DNA of 63,628 bases, the filler included, from Olpidium bornovanus S191 (taxonomy: Eukaryota > Fungi > Olpidiomycota): the NCBI GenBank assembly GCA_017911155.1. It is 32 parts of 32 records of this genome, joined end to end, with 100 filler letters (N's around TTAATTAATTAA, not from the genome) between each part and the next. Parts side by side here need not be neighbours in the genome. Positions count along the whole stretch, not along the records: positions 23,986 to 25,683 come from JAEFCI010007104.1; positions 25,784 to 27,779 come from JAEFCI010009579.1; positions 27,880 to 28,902 come from JAEFCI010010578.1; positions 29,003 to 30,845 come from JAEFCI010001036.1; positions 30,946 to 32,467 come from JAEFCI010000672.1; positions 32,568 to 35,447 come from JAEFCI010007920.1; positions 35,548 to 37,417 come from JAEFCI010009011.1; positions 37,518 to 38,567 come from JAEFCI010008596.1; 24 more parts are not named here. One strand, 5' to 3'. The notes beneath the pieces are model-generated. The model was not told where the DNA came from. It saw only the letters and a program-made list of their open reading frames with translations, and made no database searches. A program made the position numbers and the translations under genes. Shown here in pieces: positions 24,976 to 37,642 of the stretch. Each line of letters begins with the position of its first letter. Within the stretch, counting starts at the first letter, position 1.

Positions 24976-25683
24976 ATGAACACGATCGGGACGTTTGCCG
25001 TCGCTCTGCTGGTCGCGGCTTCCGCTCCTCTGGGCGTCTCGAGTCCGGTCTCGGTCTCGCCGGTCTGGGAACGCGGTTGGCCCGGCAGCGGTACGGTCCT
25101 TCCGGGAAGGGCGGAGGAAGGGTGGCGGGACGCCGTTTACTGCTTGCTTACTTAATTTCGCCGCCCACCAAACCCCCCCCCCCCATATACCACCCGCGCG
25201 CGCGCCAAACGCAAATTCCCGAACGCGAAACGCGAAACACGAAACACGAAAACGCCAAAATCCAGAATCGAGCGCGTCCGAAGCGTGGCAGGCCCCGCCG
25301 GCGGACTGGCTCCCGAGCTCGGCCTCTCCCGGGGCGCGCGCGTATGACGGCGGCGGCGGCGAAAGCGAGGCTGCGATCGACGAATACGCGGAGACGGCGG
25401 AGGGCGGCGCCCCCGGCGGCTACGGGGGCGAGAGAGAGGCCCAGCGCCCGTGGTACGAGGTCGAATGGGGGTGCGGGCCCGGGGGCCGCGGCGCGGGACG
25501 GGACGGCGGCGGCTGGCGACACGGAGGACGCGACGCCGGCGAAGACGGCGACGCGGCCGCGCCATGCGGCGACGACGACGACGGCGGCGACGGCTGCTTC
25601 GAGGCGGCGCGCACGCGGCCGGCCGCCTGCGCGGGGCTCGAGAGGGCCACCGCGACCGTCGTCGAGCGCGTGACCGTCGTCAA
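24976..25683 (+). CDS. Orphan secreted Gly/Asp/Ala-rich protein, 3'-truncated
   Basis: MNTIGTFAVALLVAASAPLGVSSPV signal peptide, probable intron with branch-site-like TACTTAAT, then a long open exon from about 25261 to the contig end. Confidence 0.55.
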
Positions 25684-26541
25684 NNNNNNNNNNNNNNNNN
25701 NNNNNNNNNNNNNNNNNNNNNNNNNNNTTAATTAATTAANNNNNNNNNNNNNNNNNNNNNNNNNNNNNNNNNNNNNNNNNNNNACGCCCGGACAAGGACA
25801 ATCATTTCTCGGCGTCGTGCGGGGCTTAACGAGAGAGGGATAGAGAGGACAAAAAAAATTACTTCTTTTCCTCTTGTGTCAGGCGAAAAATGTCCTTGGC
25901 CATGATTCGGACCCAAAGTCTCCGTTCTTCGTCAGGCCAGACATGTCCCTCCGTCCGGAAAACACGTCTTGGAATGTTACGTGCCGCGGGGACGAGCCGG
26001 ATGGAGCTGTCAAATGGCATAGTCTGCCTGATCTAACAAGCGGCATTCTGATATCGTGGGGGGGGATGAGGGGGGGGGGGGGGGGGGGGGGGGGGGAAGG
26101 ACGGGGGAGAAAGGAAGGGAGCAAATTGCTTCTGCTTACTGAACAGATAAATTGCCGCAAAATGCAAGCTCCCGGTTACAGGCCAGATGGGGGCATATTC
26201 CGCAGCCGGTAGGCGGAATTTCCAACTGGGCGCTTCGGTCATCCCGGCAACACCGCAGTGCTTGTCGCAACGCTCCGGTCCCGTAGCCGACGGGAAAAAC
26301 ACCCCCGTCACCCACCCCCCTTCCCCACAGACCCCTTCCACTTACGTTGGGCGCGGGAGAGCAGAGCCATATTATTTGCGAGCCCGTACGTTACGCATTT
26401 ACCACCACCACCCTCCTCCCTTCCCTCTCATCCGCCTCTTTCCCTCCGCGCGGCCGCCATTTTGGGCGCTTCGAATAGTTTCGTGTCTAAGAACTCTTTC
26501 ACCCGGCGGAAATTTTTTTTTTTTTTTTTCTGAAACGTCCG

Positions 26542-27779
26542 CTATGCTGCGAAACACAGGAATTGCACCCCCGTCGCTTTCCGGCATACTGCGAGCAGCT
26601 CCTTCACGGTCTCCAGCTCTTCCTGGAGGCTGATGCTTCTGCCGTCGCGCGCCCGATCCTTCGGGTGCACGGACGACTCGATGGTCGAGTAGACAAGCTG
26701 GAGGAGCGACCCGGCCAACGGGGTCACGAACCTTGCCAAGACCTGATGAACGAACTCGACCTCAAGCGTGGCCTGGAAGAGTTTTGTTGGCCGCCGCGCG
26801 GAAGACATCGTGAGCAAACAAACGGACGCCGCTACCCCGGGGGAATGAGTTTCTGAGCCGAGAGGCGAATGAATTGATAAGCTCACCTGAAGCATGCCTC
26901 CGAGACCGAACTTGTGGATGATCCTGACCGCCTCAAGAGTGTCTTGCGCGAAGTTCTCTAGCAAGGCCGAGATTACCCGCGGGACCAGCGAGGGTGACAG
27001 GTCGCTGACCTCTGCATGGACAAGCACCATCGCAAGGAGCGCCTCGTAGATGAACGGGTGGACCTCTTTTGGTTTCCGGTGCGAGCCGGATTTTGTCAGA
27101 TCGAGCAGGAGGGCAGGGTACGACAGCTGGGAAAGCGATTCGTTTACTATTACCAGTGGGTTTGGAAATCGTCGCCCAGTCGATGCCACCAAACAGGAAG
27201 CCGTTCTCGATGATTTCGCTGATAGGAGCGTTTTTTCGCTTGACGTATTCATTGAAAAGGAGGCCGTCAAGATGGTCGATTACTTCGTTCAGCTCCTGGC
27301 GCAACCAATCCCGGCAACGTTAGCCGTTTCAACAGTGGATTCCAGACATTTCCCGGCTTGGCGGCGTGGCTTTCAGAACACAAAAAATAGCGGCGACGGC
27401 CTGGCGCACCTGCACTTCTGCATTCATGGCAGTCTTGAAGGCCCCTTCGAACATCGACACGAGCCGCGGAATCGCTTTGGTTTTGAGATGTACCAGATTG
27501 CTTAATGTGATGAGGATGCGGCACTCCTAAACTTGCCGAGAGCAAATGTCGAAACACGCGTGGAAAGGAGTACGTCATAACCCGTGTAGATCAATTGGAA
27601 ACGGAAAGGAGCGAACATCCATTCTCACCATTTTCGACACGTCGGCATTTTCCTTCACAAAACGAGGCTGCTCCCGCGCGGCGGTACTCAACTCGGCGTG
27701 TTCCGAAAAAACCAAGTGGTGAAGTGCGTCCAAGAGGTGATTGATGGAACCGAAGAAAGCGTTGCGGATGCGGTCCATG
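26542..27779 (-). CDS. SEC5: Exocyst complex component Sec5 (EXOC2), C-terminal part
   Basis: RILITLSNLVHLK; FLFGGIDWATISKPT | EVHPFIYEALLAMVLVHAEVS...FGLGGMLQ | ATLEVEFVHQVL...TGVQFLCFAA*. Confidence 0.92.
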
Positions 27780-27879
27780 NNNNNNNNNNNNNNNNNNNNN
27801 NNNNNNNNNNNNNNNNNNNNNNNTTAATTAATTAANNNNNNNNNNNNNNNNNNNNNNNNNNNNNNNNNNNNNNNNNNNN

Positions 27880-28862
27880 AGGAAGAAATCACGGACTTTC
27901 ATGTCGATTTCGCTGAAATCGCGGCAGTTGACGACCTTGACGGTCTCATTTCCGAACTGGTCGACGAAATCACAGCCCGACCAGTCGTTCTCGACATCGA
28001 TACCCTCGACGACGACCGGAGTTCCGGTCTGCCAGACCTCTTGGAATTCGCGAATGTTCGCACTGTATGCTTGCTGCACCAAAAACGGCGCTTCGTACGA
28101 CCGGCGTCCGTGTCCGATTGGAGGTGGCAGCGCTTTTGGCGGGCGTCCCGGCCCGGGTTGGCCGGTAGGATGACCCGCGGCACGTGCATCGGCCTCTGTT
28201 CTCGTGATCTCCTCATAGACCCGACCCACGTCCGCCTTGCGGAAATTGTTCATCCGCACAAATTCCGAATTGTAGATCTTCCTCTTCTGACAGTATAGAC
28301 AACCGGCGCCGCCCGGGGCAGACGTGGCAGCGGCGTGGCACTGGATGCAAATCTCCGAGCCGCAGTTGGCGCACATCCAGAAGCCGTTGGACAGTGTGGT
28401 GCTGCAATGGTTGCACATTTGCCTTCCCGGCGTCTTGACGCGGCGTCCGCCGGGACACGCTGAATGCTGATATTCTTCGGCCATCACTTTGGCGGCGGTT
28501 GGGACGGTGAACCTCCTGGTGTAACTTTTCGCGTCTTTAATCGAGATGCGGAGATCGGTGTCTTCCCAGAATTCCGGTTTGTAAGAAAGATTATCGCTTT
28601 CTTCGGCCGCGAAAACGGCGTTGATATTGACAAGGCCGTTTCCGTTCAAAAGAAACACACGAACGTTCCGGAAATGGCAGCTGTCTCCGACCAATTTCGC
28701 TCTGCAGGCGCGGCATTTGAAATCCGTGCTCTCCGGGTCGAAGTGGCTCCTGTACGGAAGTTTGATTGCGGTGCAAGCGCAACGCTGCACGACGAGCTGG
28801 GCCCCCGGATGGGCAGCTAGCGCCTCCTGCAGACGGTCGCACACGACGAAACGCTGTTCCAC
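27880..28862 (-). CDS. KDM3/JMJD1-type JmjC histone demethylase fragment (Zn-finger region and start of catalytic region)
   Basis: MCNHCSTTLSNGFWMCANCGSEICIQC (KDM3 C6-type finger) and FQEVWQTGTPVVVEG...W....FVDQFG...VVNC; both ends truncated. Confidence 0.8.
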
Positions 28863-29002
28863 GGGTTCGTACAGTGGCTGTCTTTTCGCAGCAGCAGCCG
28901 CCNNNNNNNNNNNNNNNNNNNNNNNNNNNNNNNNNNNNNNNNNNNNTTAATTAATTAANNNNNNNNNNNNNNNNNNNNNNNNNNNNNNNNNNNNNNNNNN
29001 NN

Positions 29003-30360
29003 CATGCCGAGCTCGGGCGGCAATGGCAGGCCCTGTCTTTCCGCCTCAGCATCCAGCGCTGACGCTTCCGGCGGCCCTGCGATCGTTTCCGGTTGACCGG
29101 ATTTCGCCGGGGTCGGCGGCAAAAGTTGTGTCTCGGTTCCTTCTTTTACTGCCCTATCGTCTAACTCCATTGCAGTGCTCTCCAATGTTTCCGCTTCCTT
29201 CACTGGGGCGGAAACTTCCCGTGAGCGCTTCCCGTTCTCGCTTTTGTCTGGAGGGGCGGTGACTTGCTTTCCCCGCCGCGCAATGCGTCTGCCGAGCTCT
29301 TCGTCCGTGCTCGTCTCATTACCGTCAGCTTCGTGGCCATACCTCGCCGGGGCTAGCGCCGGATCTGGCGGCTCCGCAGGTTTGTCGCGGCCAAACAACG
29401 CTGCGGCGGGAACTGCCGCTGCTTGCACGATAGACGTCGCGGCGAGAGGCTGTTGCAGCGAGGACGGGGCAGTGTCGGGTGCCGGGCACCCCTGCGCAGT
29501 TTCTGCCTGATCACCTGCCGCTATGATCGGTGCTGCAGCAATTTCCTCAGCAACAGTGGCGGACACGGCAGCCTCTTGCGTATGAACAGCGGTCATCCCC
29601 GCAGATTCCTCCCGAGCAGAGGGCGGTGCAAAGTCGAATTCCATCTCCCCGTCGGGCATGTTGTACACGTCCGGAAGGAAATCGAGCGATCCAAGATTCA
29701 TCCCCATCGCGACGTCGAGGCCGCCTCGGCCCAAGCCGCCGCTGTCGAAGCCGAAGAGGCTGCCCGTCAGATCGCCGTCAAAAGAGCCAAGGTACGTGCT
29801 CTGTCCCTGACCCTGTGCGTCCGAAACTCCCGCCGGTCCCAAGCCCGCTCCTTCTGGCATCACACCGCCCAGACCACTTTGGCCTAAAAGCCCGGCAGTT
29901 GACAGGAAGGCGTCTTCGCCGAACGCAGAAGCATAGTTCTCGTCGTCTGCACCAGCGCGGCCAAGTTAACGGCGAGGTCAGCGAAGGAACCACAACCGTT
30001 CACCGGCATAAGGCAATAGGGCGAAGGACGCATGACGCCACGCTGAGTACGCAAATAGACGTACACGTTGAGGACCCAAACCCGTCATGTTGGGCCGCGT
30101 CGTCGGCCTGGTCCTGCTGCTGAAGCGACGCATCTAAAGCGAAACCTGCGGCGATCCCACCGAGCCCTCCGTCCGCGACGTCTTCACCGAAATTGACCCT
30201 GCCGTATTCCAGCTGGTCGAAACTGAGGATGGCATAGTCGCTCTCGCCCGGCCAGCCCGTGTTTGCAAAGTCGCCCAGATCTGTCGCTGGCCCTCCTAAG
30301 GTGCTATCGTTGGCGGCGTTCCCTCCGGTTCCACCGGCTTGGCCTCCTCCGCCAGCCATG
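29003..30360 (-). CDS. Hypothetical acidic low-complexity protein, N-terminal part
   Basis: Two long ORFs (30000-30590 and 29003-29863) with consistent A/G/D/E-rich composition, separated by an intron-sized gap. Confidence 0.45.
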
Positions 30361-30945
30361 CGTTCGAAGGACGGCCGTAGGGACGCGGACCCCGAGCTTA
30401 GCTCCTCGTCCGGCTGCCTAACTCGCTCCACGTTCGTCCTCGCCCACACACGGCCCCACACTCGCTCGGCCTTCCGGTAGCGGCCTCGTCCGCACACGCC
30501 GGATACGCCTGCGGAGCCAACGCTTCGGCACAAATGCCAAAGCCCGCGCGTCAGGCACTGGCTTTGCCTCGTGCGCTCCTCGGCAAGCAAGAAGGCAGCC
30601 GTTTGAACGGGAGGGAGGGAGGAGGCACGTTGTCAGGCGCCGTCCTTGCTTCCCGGCATGGGCCTCACTTTGCAACACTAGCCGCAAAACTGACAGTAGA
30701 AACCTGTCTGGATTGATTCTCCGAAAAATAATAACCATTAATCCGACGGGTCGGGTCTGAGCTTTGGGCCGTAATGCCTCGTAATGAATGATTATTGAAT
30801 CAGACGAGTCATCACAAAGATTTCATATTTTCTTTTCCTTCCATGNNNNNNNNNNNNNNNNNNNNNNNNNNNNNNNNNNNNNNNNNNNNTTAATTAATTA
30901 ANNNNNNNNNNNNNNNNNNNNNNNNNNNNNNNNNNNNNNNNNNNN

Positions 30946-32358
30946 CTTATTCCAAGCGTTTTCGGCGCCCTCCTTCTCCTTCCCCTTTTCCTTAGCCTTC
31001 TCGTAGGGCTGGATGTCCCTTTCACGGTCGTACACCTGTACACTGCCGTCCGCGCAAGCGGCCATGAACCTGGTCTCCGACCCCGGCATCCATCGGACAG
31101 ACGTCACGGGAGAGCTAGAGACCATTCCGCCTTTCTTCAAACGGCAGGACTGGTTTGTGAAAGGATTGTACCAAAAGATCTCGCCAGAGTTGAACCCGAT
31201 GACGATGTCCAGGTTGTCTGAAGACCTCGTCAACAGGTTGATATCGTGGGTTGTGGGAGAAGCCCGGTGGAAATCGATGTAATACAGATCTGACTAAACA
31301 AGTGTATAGCGACAGCCGTCGGATGCAATGCGAAAACAAAATTAACGGAAACATCAATCCAACCCCCAAGCAGCCGGTCCAAACTCCGTTTCCCTTTTGA
31401 GTGGTGATGAAACGAATGTATGGGCCCGCAGAGAAATGCTTACCGTTGATTGAGCGGCATAGAGTTCTGACCAAACAAAGCTCCGGCCAACGTTGAAAAA
31501 GAGAAACGTGCCCTCTCCTTGATTACAACAATAGGAGTCGCTGGTGGTCCTTCTAGACCCGTGCTTGGACGAGCTTGTCATGCTGTCGCCTGACCCTTCC
31601 ACGGAGAAAGAAACGGAGCTAGACAAGGACGAACCGCCCTTGTCCTTTTCGGCAAACGTCTTAGATAAGTTGTCGCCCGGAACAGCGTTCGAGGCGAAGG
31701 CGGAATTCTTGTTGTTGTTGTTCTTCGCTCTCCGCCGCTTCGACGAGAAAAAGGACGACAGGGACGAGAACTCCTCGTCTTTCTCCTTCTCCGGAGAACC
31801 GCCTCTGCCCTTCTTTTTCCTGCTCGCCGGTCGGGCGCCGCGGACTTCGCCGAACGCGTCACCCGCCACGACTTCCGGAGCGCTTTTGAAGTAGGGCCGC
31901 GACGCCGACGTCGGCAAGGCCAGCAGCTCGCGCTCGCGGCTTTTCTCTGGCGCAGGCGCCGCTCTTCCGGCGTCTTCCGCCACCTCTCCTGCTGCCTGCG
32001 GTTCGCGCGCCGCCAGGTCCGAGCAAACGCGGTCATCATTTCGACGTACGGCGTCGGCACGCTGCGCGTCCGGCGCGTACCTGGGAGTCTCAGAGCCCGC
32101 CGCCGAGGCGCCGGTGCCGCTGGAGAACGTGGCGGTCGACGAGCATGATGACGAGGAGACGGCGTGCTTGTTCCCGTCCTTGCACTTGATCGTCACGAGC
32201 GACAGGGAGGTCGCGGTGCCGGCCGGAACGGGCGGGGACAACGGCGGCGACTGCTCGCCGAGCTTGAACTCGACGTGGAGCTGGTAGAAGCCTTCCGGTG
32301 CCGCAAAGCCGGCGGTTTTCGGCTGTTGCTGTTGTTGCAGAGGCGACTGCGTCGGCAT
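30946..32358 (-). CDS. creC: WD40 protein of the CreC/WDR20/DMWD family, 3'-truncated
   Basis: FAAPEGFYQL N-terminal motif; FLFFNVGRSFVW; PTTHDINLLTRSSDNLDIVIGFNSGEIFWYNPF...VTSVRWMPGSETRFMAACADGSVQVYDRER. Confidence 0.88.
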
Positions 32359-32429
32359 TCCCTGCTTCAACGGCCCATAGTCAGCTTCGAGATCTCGCGG
32401 CCCGGCCCGCCATCTTTCGTGATCGTGGG

Positions 32430-32465
<36 letters not shown>

Positions 32466-32567
32466 CCNNNNNNNNNNNNNNNNNNNNNNNNNNNNNNNNN
32501 NNNNNNNNNNNTTAATTAATTAANNNNNNNNNNNNNNNNNNNNNNNNNNNNNNNNNNNNNNNNNNNN

Positions 32568-34758
32568 CAGGGACGACGTCGAGTCGGGATTAACATTCCT
32601 CGGTTTCGTGATTTTCGAGAACAAGTTGAAGCCCGGCACCGCTGCCGCCGTCTCGACTCTCCGCACGGCGCGCATCCGACAAATCATGTGCACCGGCGAC
32701 AATATACTCACAGCGATTAGCGTGTCAAGGGAGTGCGGTCTTATCCTGCCCTACAGTCAGGTCTACGTTCCTCGGTTCCTCGAAGGTGCACTTGCCGTTA
32801 GTTCAACAGCGATTGGTTTGTATGCTGCTCTCTGGCTTTCGCGTGGGATCAGTTTTGAGCTGACGCTTTAAATGCTTGCAAGGGTCATCGGACAGTTCGG
32901 ACTCTACGATTGTTTGGACACCAGCAGACGGATCTGGCCCGGAGCTTGACCCTGTGACTTTGATGGTGCGGTGCGCGGACGGTCTGATTCCCAATCGAAA
33001 CCCTGTCGGCAATCGGGCGCATATATTCTAAGGGATGTGTTTTCCCGGAAGCAGCCTGCCCATCCGGACGATGTCCCGTCTTTCCTCCTGAATTCCCAGA
33101 ATTACGACCTCGCCGTTAGCGGAGAGGTGTTCAGGTTTATGGTGGACTACGGCGCATACGAGACCCTCAACAGGGCAAGTTCTGTTGGATTCAAGGGTTG
33201 TGTATACTCTCCACAGTTGCGCATCTATTTTTAACCGTATGAAGGAATCTCGCTCGTCGTCGTCGCCGCTGATGCCAAAACAGATGCTCGTGAAGGCGGC
33301 TATATTTGCTAGGATGTCGCCTGACGAAAAGCACGAGCTGGTCGAAAAGTTGCACGATCTCGGTTATGTCGTGGGATTCTGTGGTGACGGCGCCAACGAC
33401 TGCGGCGCCCTCAAGGCTGCGGATGTGGGGATCTCTCTCTCTGAGGCGGAGGCGTCAGTTGCCGCCCCGTTTACGAGCCGCACGACGGATGTCAGTTGCG
33501 TAATATCCGTGATTAGGTAGGATGTCTTCGTTGGGGTTCCGGGACCCCGATATTTGCTTGGCTTGTATTCTGACGCACGTGGATTTGGCGTTCGACAGGG
33601 AAGGACGGGCAGCGCTTGTCACATCTTTCAGTTGCTTCAAAGTACAACTTTGGTTCTTCTCCTGTCCCAAGCGTCTGGGTGTGGCGGAATATGTTTTTTG
33701 ACAATTTCCTCCGCCCATAATTCCCTCGCAGTATATGGCATTGTATTCATTGATCCAATTCACTACTGTCAGTTTTCTATATATGTTTGACTCCAATCTG
33801 GTAAGTTGAAGCCGAATTGTCGACCGTGTTTCGGAAGCTCTGTTGCTGACCGTACGCTCTACTTCCCATCGCAGGGTGATTTTCAATTCTTGTACATTGA
33901 TCTTTTCCTAATAATTCCTATAGCGATTTTCAGTGAGTGGATTATGACAGCTCGAGTCTGCCCGAACGTCGTTCGCGTCTCGCTCGGAACTAACTTTGCT
34001 TTCCTTTCCCCGCCGCAGTGGGCCACACTGGGCCGCACGAGCGCATCTACCCCAAAAGGCCGACGGCGAGCCTGGTGTCGAAGAAGGTTCTCTCGTCGCT
34101 GCTCGGCCACGTGGCAGTGCAGGCCGTTTTCCAGTCGTTCGTGTATCGACTCGTCCGCCAGCAGCCGTGGTACGAGCCGCCGGTAATCGACGCCAACGAG
34201 AAGAATATTTCGTGCTTCGAAAACACCACGCTGTTCCTCGTGTCGTGTTTCCAGTACGTGCTCGTCGCGCTAATCTTCAGCGTGGGGGCTCCGTACAGGA
34301 AGAAAATGACGTCGAACGGTACGGATTTGAGGGTCGGGCAAGCGGCGTCGCGAGGTTTCTTCATTTCCGGATGCGTTTCTAAAATCAGCCTCGCCCGGTT
34401 TGTTTCGCTGCGTCCGGTGACCTTTGGCCACACGCGCCCAGTCCCCTACATCGCGATCACGACCGCGCTGCTCCTGTTCACGTCCTACATCGTGTCGTTT
34501 CCCGACCGCTGGGTGCGGGACGCTCTGGAGCTCAAAGACATTCCTTTTTCTTGGAGGACCTTTATCCTCTGCACTGCCGCCGTGTACTTCGCCTGCGCTT
34601 GGGCCGGCGAGCGCGTCGTGTTCCCCCGCCTCGCGGGCGCCTGGTCGGCCGTCGCTGAGTGGCGCTGGCTGGCCAGCAAGTCAGAGGGGCCCCGGGTGGC
34701 GGCCAGGAATCGCCACAAACTCTACAAGCAGATCGAAGTCGAGATGGGGTTGAGATGA
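32568..34758 (+). CDS. YPK9: P5B-type ATPase (YPK9/ATP13A2 family), C-terminal half
   Basis: [91 protein letters not shown]; TM segments; stop at 34758. Confidence 0.96.
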
Positions 34759-35370
34759 AGAAGTCCGCGCGCCCGGTTCGAGAGGCGCCCGGATTTTTAT
34801 CTACGTCTTCCGTCTCCTGGGTTCCGGGTGTACGAACCGGGGCGCCGTTCTCGTCCCTGAGTCGGCCGCTCGTCCACCCTTAGTTTTCTCCCCGCCCTCC
34901 CCCCTCTCTTTTCCCGCCTCGCGAAACTTGCACGTTCGACCAAAACCGGAGGGGAGAGAGTGGAACATTTTTTTTGGACACCCTTTCCCATCACACCCAT
35001 CCCCCTACCACCGCTTAAATCTCTTACTGTTTTTTTTGCACCTGTCTCGATTTCCCATTTCTCAGTGTACGTGTCGGAATGGGGGTTTTTTTTTTCTTTT
35101 CTTCTTTTCCATTTTCCTTTCCTCCTTTTTTTTTTTTTTTTTTTTTTTGGTTGACTCCACTAGACCCGGATCTGACAATCTTTCGGTTTCCGCCGCTTTT
35201 TTTTTTTCTTCTTTTTTCCCTTTTTTTTTCCCCTTCCCTTACACAAGAGTTGTAAAGCATACAGCAAACGCAAAAAATGCACCCTGGCCTTACCCGCAGA
35301 CCGTACGGGCTTTCCGCAACGAATCAGCGTCCTCGGCCCGTTTTCGGTGTGCGCCGAGGGGTTTCTGGCC

Positions 35371-35416
<46 letters not shown>

Positions 35417-35547
35417 GGGGCCCCCCCCCCCCCCCCCCCTCTTCCTCNNNNNNNNNNNNNNNNNNNNNNNNNNNNNNNNNNNNNNNNNNNNTTAATTAAT
35501 TAANNNNNNNNNNNNNNNNNNNNNNNNNNNNNNNNNNNNNNNNNNNN

Positions 35548-36866
35548 CATGGCGTGGGCGAGGGTCGCCTGCATCTTGTCGAAGCACGGCTCGCCGAGGC
35601 CCACCGGGACGTTGCGAATGACGCAGGTGACCGTCCCCCCGATCGAGTCCTGGGCGTCCCGGGCGGCTAGGATGCGCTGGAGGACGGCCCGGCACGAAGA
35701 AAACGAAAAAAAAAAAACAAAAAAGGCGGGAAACTTATTTCCCGGCGGCGACTATCTTTCTTTCTTTCTTTCTTTTTTTTTCGACCCATCAAACGGCAAA
35801 ATTTCACCTCTTTCCCCACGCGCGCACCTGCCGCATCCTGTCCGCCGTTTCCTTGTGGGGACACCGCGTCTCGTCCGCGTCAACGTCGGCACGCGTCAGC
35901 CTGCTCAGCATCTCGAGAAAAGGGCCGGGCACGGCCTCAGAGTCGTCCCCGCCGTCGGACGCAAACGGCACGGCGACCTCGCCCACCGACGAGACAAACG
36001 CGACGATCTCGACGCCGCACGCGAGCTTCAGGTACTTTTCCGCGACGGCCCCGGCGGCGACACGGCCTGAGCGGGACCAGAAGCCCGAAGGGTAAGCGGA
36101 ATTTTTCAAAGAGGAGGCGGGCCAAAGAAGGGAGGAAGCGGGCTGATGCATTGTCACGTCACTTCCCTCCCCTCCCACCTGATTCTCACTTCACGTCCCT
36201 GATCCCCCCACCCCCCACCATTCCCCCACCATTTCCCCCCCCCCCGCACGGTTCGCAACACAAACAAGGGGGGGGGAGAGTTAACGAAGCAGCGGCCGCG
36301 TCCGCAACTCTCTCTCCTCACCGATGGTTTCTCTGGCCGAGGCGCGGCCGCCGCCGCTGCTGGACTTGACGCCGTACTTCTGGAGGTACGTCCAGTCCGC
36401 GTGGGAGGGCCGCGGGTAGGCGTCCATCTCCGAGTAGTCGTGCGGGCGCTGGTCCTCGTTCGGCACCGTGAGGGCGACGGGGGTGCCCAGAGTCACGCCA
36501 GACTCGGTCCCGGAGAGGATGGTGACGCTGTCTTTCTCGTCGCGCTGCGCGGGGAGGGAGCGGAGGCGCCGTCGCGCGCGCGCGCGAGAGAAAAACGACG
36601 AGAGGCGGCGGGGGTTGGCGCAAGAAGAAAGGGGGGCGCGCGGCGCCAGCTTTGCGTCGCTCCCTCTCTCTCTCTCTCGGGCGCGCGCGCGCCCTTACCG
36701 GGGTGGTCAGGCGGCTCTGACCGGGGCGCCTGCGGTCGAGCTGGGCCTGGACGTCGGCCTCGACGAGCGGCAGGCCCGGCGGACAGCCGTCGACGGTGCA
36801 CCCCACGGCCCTGCAGTGCGACTCGCCGTAGGTCGTGACGCGGAAGAGCGTTCCGAACGTGCTCAT
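35548..36866 (-). CDS. ARO2: Chorismate synthase, 3'-truncated
   Basis: [18 protein letters not shown]; [10 protein letters not shown]; [14 protein letters not shown] | [10 protein letters not shown]; [25 protein letters not shown]. Confidence 0.98.
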
Positions 36867-36908
36867 TCTCTCGTGTCTCTCTCGTGTCTCTCGTGTCTCT
36901 CGTCTTTC

Positions 36909-36950
<42 letters not shown>

Positions 36951-37037
36951 GTCTTCCTCCCCGTTGATCGAAGCGCGCGCGCGCGCGGGGCGTGAAACGT
37001 GTTTGGCGGCGGGGGCGTCTCTGGTCTGACTGGTGTG

Positions 37038-37039
37038 TC

Positions 37040-37092
<53 letters not shown>
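37038..37092. repeat. (TCTG)n microsatellite, with neighbouring (CT)n tract at about 36910-36950
   Basis: Read directly from the sequence. Confidence 0.95.
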
Positions 37093-37094
<2 letters not shown>

Positions 37095-37187
37095 GGGGGA
37101 ATAAAACAAAGATAAAAATAAAAAATTGTTGAGGGAATAAAATAAAATAAACGGAGAGGGCCCCCCGGGGGGGGGGGGGGGGGGTTG

Positions 37188-37397
37188 TGTTAAAGTCGAG
37201 CCGGAGGAGAAGGCGAAGAAGATGGTCCGCGAGAACGGCGGGGAGGAAGGAGAACTGTATTCGGGGCGTTTGTTTACTAGTTTCTCCTGGCCCTTTTTCT
37301 ATATGACGGGAACTAGGAACTCTACAAAGGGGCAACGGGTGCGCGCAGTGCGTCTCCGCCCCTGGGGCCCCGTTATTTCCAACACCCCGCCTCACTG
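37188..37397 (-). mobile_element. Copia-like 3' LTR (about 197 bp) with upstream polypurine tract
   Basis: Minus strand: CAGTGAGGCGGGG (PPT), then TGTTGG at 37384, TATAGAAAAA, ...TTAACA at 37188; TGTT/AACA inverted termini. Confidence 0.75.
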
Positions 37398-37642
37398 GGC
37401 GCACCTTGGTGCCCATGNNNNNNNNNNNNNNNNNNNNNNNNNNNNNNNNNNNNNNNNNNNNTTAATTAATTAANNNNNNNNNNNNNNNNNNNNNNNNNNN
37501 NNNNNNNNNNNNNNNNNCATGCACGGATATGCACGGAGCCAAAGAAGCTTGGGCGCGCGGCCAAGCGAGAAACCGCCGGGGAGGAAAGAATCGAAAGGAA
37601 GATGACATTAGGGTAAGGGGTGACCTTAGGGCAGGGCGCACT

